Below are positions 25,407 through 32,871 of a stretch of DNA of 32,871 bases, piece by piece. The first letter of the stretch is position 1; every line of letters starts with the position of its first letter. This DNA comes from Candidatus Fraserbacteria bacterium (GTDB taxonomy: Bacteria; Bipolaricaulota; Bipolaricaulia; RBG-16-55-9): assembly GCA_037442925.1 (NCBI GenBank), contig JBBIPG010000020.1, forward strand, positions 1 through 32,871, read 5' to 3'. The position numbers and the translations under genes were made by a program. Below the pieces are notes generated by a model, which searched no databases, had not been told where the DNA came from, and saw only the letters and a list, made by a program, of their open reading frames with translations.

Positions 25407-25458
25407 AGTCCTTTTGCACTCAAATCGGGGCATCGAAGAAACAAGGAGCTAGGTCTCA

Positions 25459-26047
25459 ATGGAGATGCACAGTTTCGAGAAGTGGTTTGTGAATAGTGGG
25501 CTCTTTAATCTCGTCCACACGCGCGTCCTTCTGCCCAAGGTGTTTGCTCTAGCCAATGGCGCCATCGGTCCCGTCATTCTGGAGATCGGATGTGGGACCG
25601 GTGTCACGACCCACGAGATCCTCAGGCGTTTTCCTCATGCACGGGCGTTCGCCATCGACTACGATCCTGAGCAAGTTGAAACTGGCCAGAAGGCGACTGT
25701 CCTCCTTTGGAGACCGCGTCGTCGTACAACAAGGAGACGCGACAGCATTAGCACTTCCCGATGCATCTATTGATGCAGTCTTCGAGTTCAACGTCTTCCA
25801 TCACATCCGTGAATACGCCAGCGCCATGAGTGAAGTTCACAGAGTCCTCAAGCCTGGAGGCGCTTTCTATGCCATGGATCTTGGCCGGCACTTCTTTCGA
25901 TTGCCTCCAATGGGATGGCTCTTCCCACCGGAAGTGCTCTTCACCAAGAAAGAGTTCATCGAGCGACTGGAGGCAAATGGCCTGAGAGTTCAGTGTACAA
26001 CAGGCAATAACGTGATATTCTACCTAGCGGCTAAAAGAATGGAATAG
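25459..26047 (+). pseudogene. Class I SAM-dependent methyltransferase split by a 1-nt frameshift
   Basis: Frame A: ILEIGCGTG...AIDYDPEQVE. Frame B: LARRRL...GDATALALPDASIDAV...VFHH...RVLKPGG. Removing one A from GAAACTG (25678-25684) joins them. Confidence 0.88.
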
Positions 26048-26077
26048 GAAACTCAGACGTAGGAGGTAACTGCCAGC

Positions 26078-28648
26078 ATGGTCAAAGATCGTGATGTAGT
26101 AAGCGAACCCTCGTCAGATCGACTGCTGCAGTGGGCAGCTTCCGCGACGACAGGGATCAGCCCCGATGCCCAGGTCGTGCGCATCGAGGTCCCCATCGTC
26201 GGCATGACCTGCTCCGGTTGCGCTAGCACCATCGTCAAGGCGCTTCAGCGCATTGAGGGTGTGAAGCGTGCTGTGGTCAATTCAGCTACAGAACACGCCC
26301 ACATCTGGTACGACCCCCGCGCTGTGAATGTCGTGAATCTCTATCAAGCCATTAAAGATGCGGGCTATCGCACGGGCACGAGCACGCTGCGCCTGCGTAT
26401 TCAAGGCATCTATTGCAGTGGGTGCATCACCCAGATTGAGGACGCCCTCAAGAAAGTGCCCGGGGTAGCGGCAGCGACGCTCAATCCGGCCACGAACGAA
26501 GCCACCGTCGAGTACTGGACGGATTCGACCAATTTAGAACAACTTCAACAAGCCGTTGAATCCGTCGGCCCCTACAAAGCCGTCGACGCTACTGCTCCCA
26601 GCCCAGAGTCTGTCCACAAAGAAGAGGACGATTCCGAACGGGAATATCGTCAACTCATGCATAAGTGGTGGTTCGGCGCTGCCGTTGGCGTCTTTACCAT
26701 GATCTTCTCCTACCCGCAGCTCTTTCCAGGGCTGCGTGATGCTCTACCTCACGGCAGTGCTCAGCTGCGATATCTGTGGATGGGAATGGGCTTGGCCTCT
26801 TTGGCCGTGATGGTCTACAGCGGCAATCAGTTCTTCACCGGCATGTGGCAGTCTCTCAAGAAACGCACGGCCAACATGCACACGTTAATCGCCATTGGCA
26901 CAGGTGTGGCCTGGATCTACTCGACCATCGCCGTGCTCTTGCCTCAAATCTTCCCATCCCAAGAGATGACAGATGTCTATTACGACGTGACGGTCGTAGT
27001 CACGGCACTTGTCGTGCTCGGTCTGGCAATGGAGGTCAAGGCCAAAGGGAGAACGAGCGAAGCGATCAAGAAGCTGATTGGGCTACAGGCCAAGACGGCC
27101 CGCGTCGTACGCGATGGCAAAGAGATGGACATCCCCGTAGAGGAAGTGCTTGTGGGTGACACCGTAGTCGTGCGCCCCGGGGAGAAGATCCCCGTCGATG
27201 GTGAAGTGATCGAGGGGGCCTCGGCCGTGGATGAGTCGATGATCACGGGTGAATCCATTCCCGTTGAAAAACGCGTGGGTGACGAGGTGATAGGCTCGAC
27301 GATCAACAAGACAGGCTCCTTCAAATTCCGCACGACGAAGGTCGGGAAAGACACAGCTCTAGCGAACATCATTCGCATGGTGCAAGACGCGCAGGCGACG
27401 AAAGTGCCGATCCAGCGCATCGTCGATGTGGTGAGCAGCTATTTCACGCCTGCCGTGATCATTCTTGCCATTCTGGGCTTCATAGTCTGGTATGACTTCG
27501 GGCCTGAGCCTGCCATTGCCTATGCGTTGATCGTGGCTGTCACGACGATGATCATCGCTTGTCCGTGTGCCTTGGGTATGGCCACGCCGATGTCGCTCAC
27601 AACGGGCATTGGGTTGGGTGCTACGAACGGCATTCTCATTCGTGGTGGCGAAGCCCTGCAAACTGCAAAGGAACTGGACACGATCATTCTGGATAAGACC
27701 GGCACGATCACTCATGGCAAGCCCGCGCTTACGGATGTATCTGTCAACGGATCGGTGAACGGATTAACGGATGAGAAGCTGCTGGCGATGGCGGCAGCCG
27801 TCGAGAAGGGCTCAGAGCACCCATTAGCTACTGCCATCGTGGAAGGGGCACAGAGTCGAAATCTGACGTTGCCGGAGGTGCGCGACTTCAACGCGATTCC
27901 CGGCCACGGAGTGGAAGCGACCGTCGAAGATAAAAGATTACTGCTGGGTAACGTCAAGCTGATGCGGGATCGTAAGATCGATGTCGGGGCTCTTGCGAAG
28001 CAAGCTGAGAGGCTCGCTGACGAGGGCAAGACGCCCATGTACGTAGCCACAGATGGGAAGATCGCCGGTATCGTCGCTGTCGCGGACACAGTGAAAGAAG
28101 ACTCGAAGCAGGCCATTCAAGCACTCCAGCAGATGGGTCTGGAAATCGTGATGATCACCGGAGACAACGAGCGCACGGCCAAGGCCATTGCGAGACAAGT
28201 GGGCATCGAGCGGGTGTTAGCTGAAGTGTTGCCACAAGATAAAGCGCACAACGTGCAGAAGCTGCAATTAGAAGGCAAGAAAGTCGGCATGGTGGGTGAT
28301 GGAATTAATGATGCGCCGGCACTGGCTCAGGCCGATGTGGGATTTGCCATTGGTACAGGCACAGATGTCGCCATCGAGGCGAGTGACATCACGCTCATCA
28401 AGGGCAGTTTGAGAAGCGTCGTGACAGCCATCCAGATCAGCCGGGCCACGATGCGCAACGTCTATCAGAATCTCGTGGGCGCGTTCGTGTACAACAGTGT
28501 GGGTATTCCCATTGCGCTGGGTGTGCTCTACCCGTTCTTTGGCGTGCTACTTTCGCCCTTGATGGCGGCGGTAGCCATGTCGTTCAGTTCGGTGACGGTG
28601 ATCAGCAACGCAAATCGACTCAAGCGTTGGAAGGCCAAGCACCTTTGA
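26078..28648 (+). CDS. copA: Cu(I)-translocating P1B-1 ATPase
   Basis: Two HMA domains (GMTCSGC, GIYCSGC); [19 protein letters not shown] and [13 protein letters not shown]7 YN; TM8 MSFSS. Confidence 0.96.
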   Translation: MVKDRDVVSEPSSDRLLQWAASATTGISPDAQVVRIEVPIVGMTCSGCASTIVKALQRIEGVKRAVVNSATEHAHIWYDPRAVNVVNLYQAIKDAGYRTGTSTLRLRIQGIYCSGCITQIEDALKKVPGVAAATLNPATNEATVEYWTDSTNLEQLQQAVESVGPYKAVDATAPSPESVHKEEDDSEREYRQLMHKWWFGAAVGVFTMIFSYPQLFPGLRDALPHGSAQLRYLWMGMGLASLAVMVYSGNQFFTGMWQSLKKRTANMHTLIAIGTGVAWIYSTIAVLLPQIFPSQEMTDVYYDVTVVVTALVVLGLAMEVKAKGRTSEAIKKLIGLQAKTARVVRDGKEMDIPVEEVLVGDTVVVRPGEKIPVDGEVIEGASAVDESMITGESIPVEKRVGDEVIGSTINKTGSFKFRTTKVGKDTALANIIRMVQDAQATKVPIQRIVDVVSSYFTPAVIILAILGFIVWYDFGPEPAIAYALIVAVTTMIIACPCALGMATPMSLTTGIGLGATNGILIRGGEALQTAKELDTIILDKTGTITHGKPALTDVSVNGSVNGLTDEKLLAMAAAVEKGSEHPLATAIVEGAQSRNLTLPEVRDFNAIPGHGVEATVEDKRLLLGNVKLMRDRKIDVGALAKQAERLADEGKTPMYVATDGKIAGIVAVADTVKEDSKQAIQALQQMGLEIVMITGDNERTAKAIARQVGIERVLAEVLPQDKAHNVQKLQLEGKKVGMVGDGINDAPALAQADVGFAIGTGTDVAIEASDITLIKGSLRSVVTAIQISRATMRNVYQNLVGAFVYNSVGIPIALGVLYPFFGVLLSPLMAAVAMSFSSVTVISNANRLKRWKAKHL

Positions 28649-28673
28649 CGATAGAGCATTGAAGTATTAGAAT
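28645..28673 (+). promoter_or_regulatory. Sigma70-type promoter for the toxin-antitoxin pair
   Basis: TTGACG (28645-28650), 17-bp spacer, TAGAAT (28668-28673), ending 9 nt before ATG 28683. Confidence 0.65.
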
Positions 28674-28682
28674 TCACTGACC

Positions 28683-28934
28683 ATGCGAACCACAATTGAG
28701 CTTAAGGAAGAGCATCGGGCGTTGCTCCATGCCATCGCTGCCCGTCGCGGCCTGCGCGGCTACTCCGGGTTGGTGCAGGAGGCCATCGATTTTTATCTCA
28801 AACACCATGCCGAGGCTCAGGAGGCCCGTCAAGCCCTACTCGCACGGAAGGGGGCATGGGTAGCAGAGGAGGCCGAGCGCACGCGAGTAGCCATCGGTGA
28901 GCTACGTCGGCAATGGACAACTACGTCGTTGTAG
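28683..28934 (+). CDS. Putative VapB-type antitoxin (RHH-like)
   Basis: MRTTIEL N-terminal strand followed by helices (SGLVQEAID); overlaps the PIN gene by 22 nt. Confidence 0.75.
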   Translation: MRTTIELKEEHRALLHAIAARRGLRGYSGLVQEAIDFYLKHHAEAQEARQALLARKGAWVAEEAERTRVAIGELRRQWTTTSL

Positions 28935-29323
28935 ATGCCGATGTTCTTATTGACTACTTCGCTGGGATCTCGCCCTCAGCAGAGGCTATCGAGCGGCTCT
29001 TGCGGGAAGATCGACTGGCTGTCACAAGTCTGGTTCTTTATGAGTTGGCCTGCGCGGCCCAAACGGCGGAGCAGCTCCAGGACCTCGAGCTACTGGTTCA
29101 AGCAGCGCGAGTTATTGGGTTGGATGCGGCAGCAGCTCTGCACGCCGGGGCCATCTGGCGACAGTTGAAGAGCCAGGGACAGCTTATCGAGACGGCTGAT
29201 CTATTGACCGCCGGCTGTTGTTTGACTTTTGAGCTGCCCTTCTTCACACGCAATGTCGAGCACTTTCGTCGAGTATCAGGGCTGAGGTTAGTAGCTGTAG
29301 AGCAACTCTTGAAAGGAGCTTGA
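28913..29323 (+). CDS. vapC: VapC-family PIN-domain toxin
   Basis: VVDADVLIDY, SLVLYEL, ADLLTAG and TRNVEHFRRVSGL. Confidence 0.9.
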   Translation: MDNYVVVDADVLIDYFAGISPSAEAIERLLREDRLAVTSLVLYELACAAQTAEQLQDLELLVQAARVIGLDAAAALHAGAIWRQLKSQGQLIETADLLTAGCCLTFELPFFTRNVEHFRRVSGLRLVAVEQLLKGA

Positions 29324-29324
29324 G

Positions 29325-29702
29325 ATGACCCCGGACAAGATCATCGTGACGCTGGCGGGATTGGGCGTGATTGCTTTTGTCGTCTGGTTCTTCTGGATGG
29401 CGAAACGAGAAGGAGTCAAAGCTGCATTCACCCCTTCGGGCTATCAGGAAGTGATGATTCTGGTGAAAGGCGGGTACACGCCAGACGTGATTGTAGTGGA
29501 GCGCGGCAAGCCCGTGCGCTTGAATTTCAGACGCGAGGAGACTGCCAGTTGTTCTGAGATGGTCATCTTCTCGGATTTCAACAAGTCAGCGCAGTTGCCG
29601 GAGGGCAAAACCGTCGCGATTGAACTGATGCCGGATAAGCCGGGCGAGTATGAATTTCAGTGTCAGATGGGCATGCTGCGGGGCAAGCTCATCGTGGAGT
29701 GA
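29325..29702 (+). CDS. Membrane-anchored cupredoxin-fold Cu(I) chaperone (CupA-like)
   Basis: TM helix ending WFFW; VKGGYTPDVIVV, SCSE and FQCQMGMLRGKLIVE. Confidence 0.88.
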   Translation: MTPDKIIVTLAGLGVIAFVVWFFWMAKREGVKAAFTPSGYQEVMILVKGGYTPDVIVVERGKPVRLNFRREETASCSEMVIFSDFNKSAQLPEGKTVAIELMPDKPGEYEFQCQMGMLRGKLIVE

Positions 29703-29704
29703 GT

Positions 29705-30268
29705 ATGTACTGGTTTCTCATTCCTTTGCTAGTCGGCTTTGCCCTTGGCGGGGCCAGTGCCTTCACTGCCGCCTTCTCCCAGCGTTGGGGTGAACGAGGC
29801 GGCCAAATGGCCACGATGATCTTGCGGAACCTTCTGGGCATTCCGTTGTGGATCACTGGCTTTGTCCTTGGCTGGCTTACACCGGCACCGTTGCTCTTCA
29901 GCCCGAATGCACTGACTCAGGTTCTAAGTTGGCTGTTGATCGCCATCGGAGCTGTGCCCGTCATTTGGGGACACCTACTGCTGGGCCTGCGAACCCACAT
30001 GCCGTCCGTGCGAGATACACTGGTGCGCCACGGGTTGTATGCCCATGTGCGTCATCCCATCTATGCTGGTGCACTGCTGATCTTTGCTGGACTCGCACTG
30101 CTGCGACCCACGTCGGCTGTGGTGCTGGCCAGCGCAATTGGGTTCATCTGGGCCATGATCCAAGCTCGTCTAGAAGAGATGGATCTCGTGCAGCGCCTGC
30201 CGGCCTATCGCGAGTACATGCAGCAAGTTCCTCGTTTCGTACCACGTCTTTGGCAAGGACCGTCATGA
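29705..30268 (+). CDS. Isoprenylcysteine carboxyl methyltransferase/PEMT-family membrane protein
   Basis: LVRHGLYAHVRHPIYAG, ARLEE and YREYMQQVPRFVP; likely start ATG 29705. Confidence 0.88.
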   Translation: MYWFLIPLLVGFALGGASAFTAAFSQRWGERGGQMATMILRNLLGIPLWITGFVLGWLTPAPLLFSPNALTQVLSWLLIAIGAVPVIWGHLLLGLRTHMPSVRDTLVRHGLYAHVRHPIYAGALLIFAGLALLRPTSAVVLASAIGFIWAMIQARLEEMDLVQRLPAYREYMQQVPRFVPRLWQGPS

Positions 30269-30936
30269 ATCGCAGCAAAGAAACAGAAGAGATTCTGGAA
30301 GAGACAGGAAAGATCTATTCGCGCTATGCCAGCGGCTATGATAGGCAAGTCGCATGGCTCTCGCTGGGAGTGCAGCAGAAGCTCCGTCAATATGCCGTGC
30401 ACAGGCTTACTTTACAAGGTGGCCAAACGGTGCTCGACGTGGCTTGCGGGACCGGCTTGAATTTTCCAGCTATTCAAGCCGCCATTGGTCCCGAGGGTCG
30501 GTTGATCGGGTTCGATTACACCGCGGCGATGCTGGAGCAAGCCCGAAAACGGGTCGAGCAGCAGGGTTGGCAGAATGTTACGTTGATTCAAGACAATGTG
30601 ATGGAGCTTGAGCTCTCCCAGCCTGTGGACGCCGTGCTTTGTACGCTCGCCGTCGGAATCTTCCCCAATCCCCGGTACGCGCTGGAACGGATGATCTCTG
30701 TACTCCGGCCGGGTGGGCGCATCCTAATCGCTGACTGCAGATTGCCTGAGCGCTTGTACGGCTTCTTGATCCACCCGATTGCGAAGCGCATCGCGCGACG
30801 CTGGGTTCCCGACGTGAATGCGTATTTTGCCGCTCAGCCTTGGCACGACTTACGGGAACTTGTCAGTGAGTTCGGATATGAAGAGCGCTTCGCAGGCATT
30901 GTGTACCTGGCTTGGGGGTTGAAACCGAATGAGTGA
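30265..30936 (+). CDS. Class I SAM-dependent methyltransferase (UbiE/PmtA-like)
   Basis: YSRYASGYD, VLDVACGTGLNF and VLRPGGRILIAD; ATGA overlap gives start 30265. Confidence 0.9.
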   Translation: MNRSKETEEILEETGKIYSRYASGYDRQVAWLSLGVQQKLRQYAVHRLTLQGGQTVLDVACGTGLNFPAIQAAIGPEGRLIGFDYTAAMLEQARKRVEQQGWQNVTLIQDNVMELELSQPVDAVLCTLAVGIFPNPRYALERMISVLRPGGRILIADCRLPERLYGFLIHPIAKRIARRWVPDVNAYFAAQPWHDLRELVSEFGYEERFAGIVYLAWGLKPNE

Positions 30937-32107
30937 GAAAGTGACTGTCATTGGAGCTGGCCCATCAGGGCTTACAGCAGCGATCACACTGGCTCGCGCG
31001 GGCGTGCCGGTCACCGTCTACGAGCGAAACGCGACGGTGGGTATGCGCTTTCATGGCGATTTCCAGGGGCTGGAAAACTGGTCGCGCCCGGAGGACGTCC
31101 TGAGCGATCTGCGGGGGATGGGTCTGGAGATCAACTTCATCGCCCAGCCGCGCTACTCCGCTGACTTCTATGACGCTTCCGGGAAGATGTATCGTGCCTC
31201 GATGAGAGAGCCCTTCTTCTATCTGGTGCGCCGCGGAAATGTAGAAGAGAGCCTCGACTGCGGACTCTACGCCCAAGCACAAGCAGCTGGTGTACAGTTT
31301 CATTTTAACTCGAAGCTCGATCAAGTCGAAGGCCCGGCGATTGCGGCCACCGGCCCACGCTACGCCGACGGTATCTGCGTTGGGTATCTTTTTGAGACGG
31401 ATCTTGAAGACCTCACGGCTTGTATCCTCTCTCACCGTCTGGCCCCCCGCGGCTACAGCTATCTACTTGTGGCCGATGGCCGGGGCACGCTAGTGAGTTG
31501 CCACTTCGCCGATCTTCCCCGATGGCAAGATCACCTTCAGGCAACCGTTGAGGCCTTTCAAAAGCTCTTTGCTTTCGAGCTGAAAAACGAGAGATTCTTC
31601 TCCGGCTATGGAAACGTCTTCGCCAGAAAGCGTTTCCGCGAGGGACAGAAGCTCTACGCGGGTGAAGCTGCCGGGTTACAAGATGGACTATGGGGCTTTG
31701 GAATGCGCTTCGCTATCCGCTCTGGGTATCTGGCCGCGCAGAGCCTCTTGCGCAACCAGGACTACGAAAGGCTCATCCGGCGCGAACTTATGCCACATCA
31801 CCGTGCTGGGTTGGTCAATCGCTTCTTTTGGGATCTTTTGAGCGACCGACTCTTCACGTTTTTCTTGGGGCGAGCAGTGCGCTGGCCCGATGCGCGAACG
31901 CGCCTACGGGAACTCAGTGGCCCTCACTTCCTGAAAGAACTGCTTTACCCCTTGGTGCGGGCCACGAGCGGCTGGCAGGCGCGTTATCGTGACGAGAGCT
32001 GTCAGAAGGAAGACTGCACCTGCGTCTGGTGTACATGTCGTCGACAGGTTCAGGCTCTTGAGAGCAAATGTGAATCGACAACCATCTTGAGGAGGGAGCA
32101 ACTATGA
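30929..32107 (+). CDS. FAD-dependent oxidoreductase (geranylgeranyl-reductase-like) with a Cys-rich tail
   Basis: VIGAGPSGLTAA, APRGYSY and GEAAGLQD.LWGFGMRFAIRSG; tail CQKEDCTCVWCTC. Confidence 0.88.
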   Translation: MSEKVTVIGAGPSGLTAAITLARAGVPVTVYERNATVGMRFHGDFQGLENWSRPEDVLSDLRGMGLEINFIAQPRYSADFYDASGKMYRASMREPFFYLVRRGNVEESLDCGLYAQAQAAGVQFHFNSKLDQVEGPAIAATGPRYADGICVGYLFETDLEDLTACILSHRLAPRGYSYLLVADGRGTLVSCHFADLPRWQDHLQATVEAFQKLFAFELKNERFFSGYGNVFARKRFREGQKLYAGEAAGLQDGLWGFGMRFAIRSGYLAAQSLLRNQDYERLIRRELMPHHRAGLVNRFFWDLLSDRLFTFFLGRAVRWPDARTRLRELSGPHFLKELLYPLVRATSGWQARYRDESCQKEDCTCVWCTCRRQVQALESKCESTTILRREQL

Positions 32108-32589
32108 AAGACATCTGGGTTTGGCTGGTCGTGGGAGCAGCGGTGCTGGCAGCGGTCGTTTTCTTCAGCATCAGCCGCAATGCTCCGACATCTGAGCAGG
32201 TTCCGGGGCATGAGCAACATCATGCGGAAACCGTGACCGGAGAGATCGTGCAGGTCGAAGGTGGGAGCTATCGCAATATCAACTCCGAACAGTTGTGGGC
32301 TATGCTGCAGAAGAAGGACTTCGCACTCATCAACGTACACATCCCCTATGAGGGAGAACTGCCTGAGACCGACGCATTCGTCCCGTACAACGAAGTCGAG
32401 AAGAACCTCAACAAACTGCCGCAAGACAAGGCGGCCAAGATTGTTCTTTACTGCATGAGCGGACGGATGAGCGCCATCGCGTCCGAGACGCTCGTGAAGC
32501 TGGGCTACACGAATATCTGGAATCTGAAAGAGGGCATGCGGGAGTGGCAAGAGCAGGGTTTTCCACTGTTGAATAAGCCCCAGGGATGA
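32104..32589 (+). CDS. Membrane-anchored rhodanese-like domain protein
   Basis: TM helix; His patch GHEQHHAE; KIVLYCMSGRMS and LGYTNIWNLKEGMREW. Confidence 0.9.
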   Translation: MKDIWVWLVVGAAVLAAVVFFSISRNAPTSEQVPGHEQHHAETVTGEIVQVEGGSYRNINSEQLWAMLQKKDFALINVHIPYEGELPETDAFVPYNEVEKNLNKLPQDKAAKIVLYCMSGRMSAIASETLVKLGYTNIWNLKEGMREWQEQGFPLLNKPQG

Positions 32590-32871
32590 GCAGAATGGGA
32601 GGAGCAACCTCGAAACAGGCGATAGACGCCAAGGCCACAGCTGAGACCAAAGCTCGCTACGACCGCGTGGCCCCCTTCTACGACCTGATGGAAGCAGTGA
32701 TGGAGTGGTTCGCCTTTCGCCGATGGCGCGAGCTTGTCTGGCAAGCTGTAGGCTCTCAGCCGCAAAAGATTCTCGAAGTCGGCGTGGGCACCGGCAAGAA
32801 TTTTCCATACTACCCCAAGAGCACACAGATCACGGCCATTGACATAAGCGACCGCATGCTCACGCGGGCTC
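32586..32871 (+). CDS. Class I SAM-dependent methyltransferase (PmtA-like), truncated by the window end
   Basis: Manual translation ...TKARYDRVAPFYDLME...RRWRELVW...ILEVGVGTGKNFPYYP...ITAIDISDRMLTRA; ATGA overlap. Confidence 0.88.
   Translation, partial: MSRMGGATSKQAIDAKATAETKARYDRVAPFYDLMEAVMEWFAFRRWRELVWQAVGSQPQKILEVGVGTGKNFPYYPKSTQITAIDISDRMLTRA

Noticed and set aside
29660..30264. Extended starts of track ORFs 29660..30268 and 29848..30936
   Set aside because: The extensions overlap real upstream genes; ATG 29705 and ATG 30265 fit better
94..32826. All minus-strand ORFs in the track (e.g. 3198..3842, 13375..14091, 17019..17753, 32050..32826)
   Set aside because: They lie antisense to well-supported + strand genes and have no recognisable motifs, as expected of shadow ORFs in GC-rich DNA

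Overview
Bacterial metal-homeostasis and redox cluster of about 38 genes, all on the + strand and mostly tightly packed or overlapping (ATGA/TAATG junctions). In order: (1) a membrane-anchored cupredoxin with an atypical CuA-like motif, a CcdA-like protein, an unlisted YHS protein and a His-crowned YVTN beta-propeller. (2) A DOMON domain, then a Tat-exported molybdopterin oxidoreductase of the Psr/Arr/Arx group with non-canonical Fe-S and active-site motifs, its tetra-[4Fe-4S] subunit, an NrfD anchor, a small membrane protein and a thioredoxin-like [2Fe-2S] ferredoxin. (3) A three-domain His/Cys-rich propeller protein, a UreH-like Ni/Co permease and a BNR-repeat pseudogene. (4) A near-consensus sigma70 promoter with an overlapping palindrome, ahead of two MMPL + LolA-like modules that flank an ArsR regulator, then a ferritin-like/VIT1 fusion. 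(5) A Met-rich protein, a two-domain multicopper oxidase, a CadA/ZntA-type ATPase, a candidate RPP-ending leader peptide, a frameshifted methyltransferase, CopA, a VapBC module, a CupA-like cupredoxin, several methyltransferases, a Cys-tailed FAD oxidoreductase and a rhodanese. There are two miniature palindromic elements, one inserted in frame in the Zn/Cd ATPase. The best candidate for an undescribed system is the Mo-enzyme operon with its flanking His-crowned propellers. No rRNA, tRNA, CRISPR array, transposase or integrase was seen. All calls come from reading motifs by eye; no searches were run.
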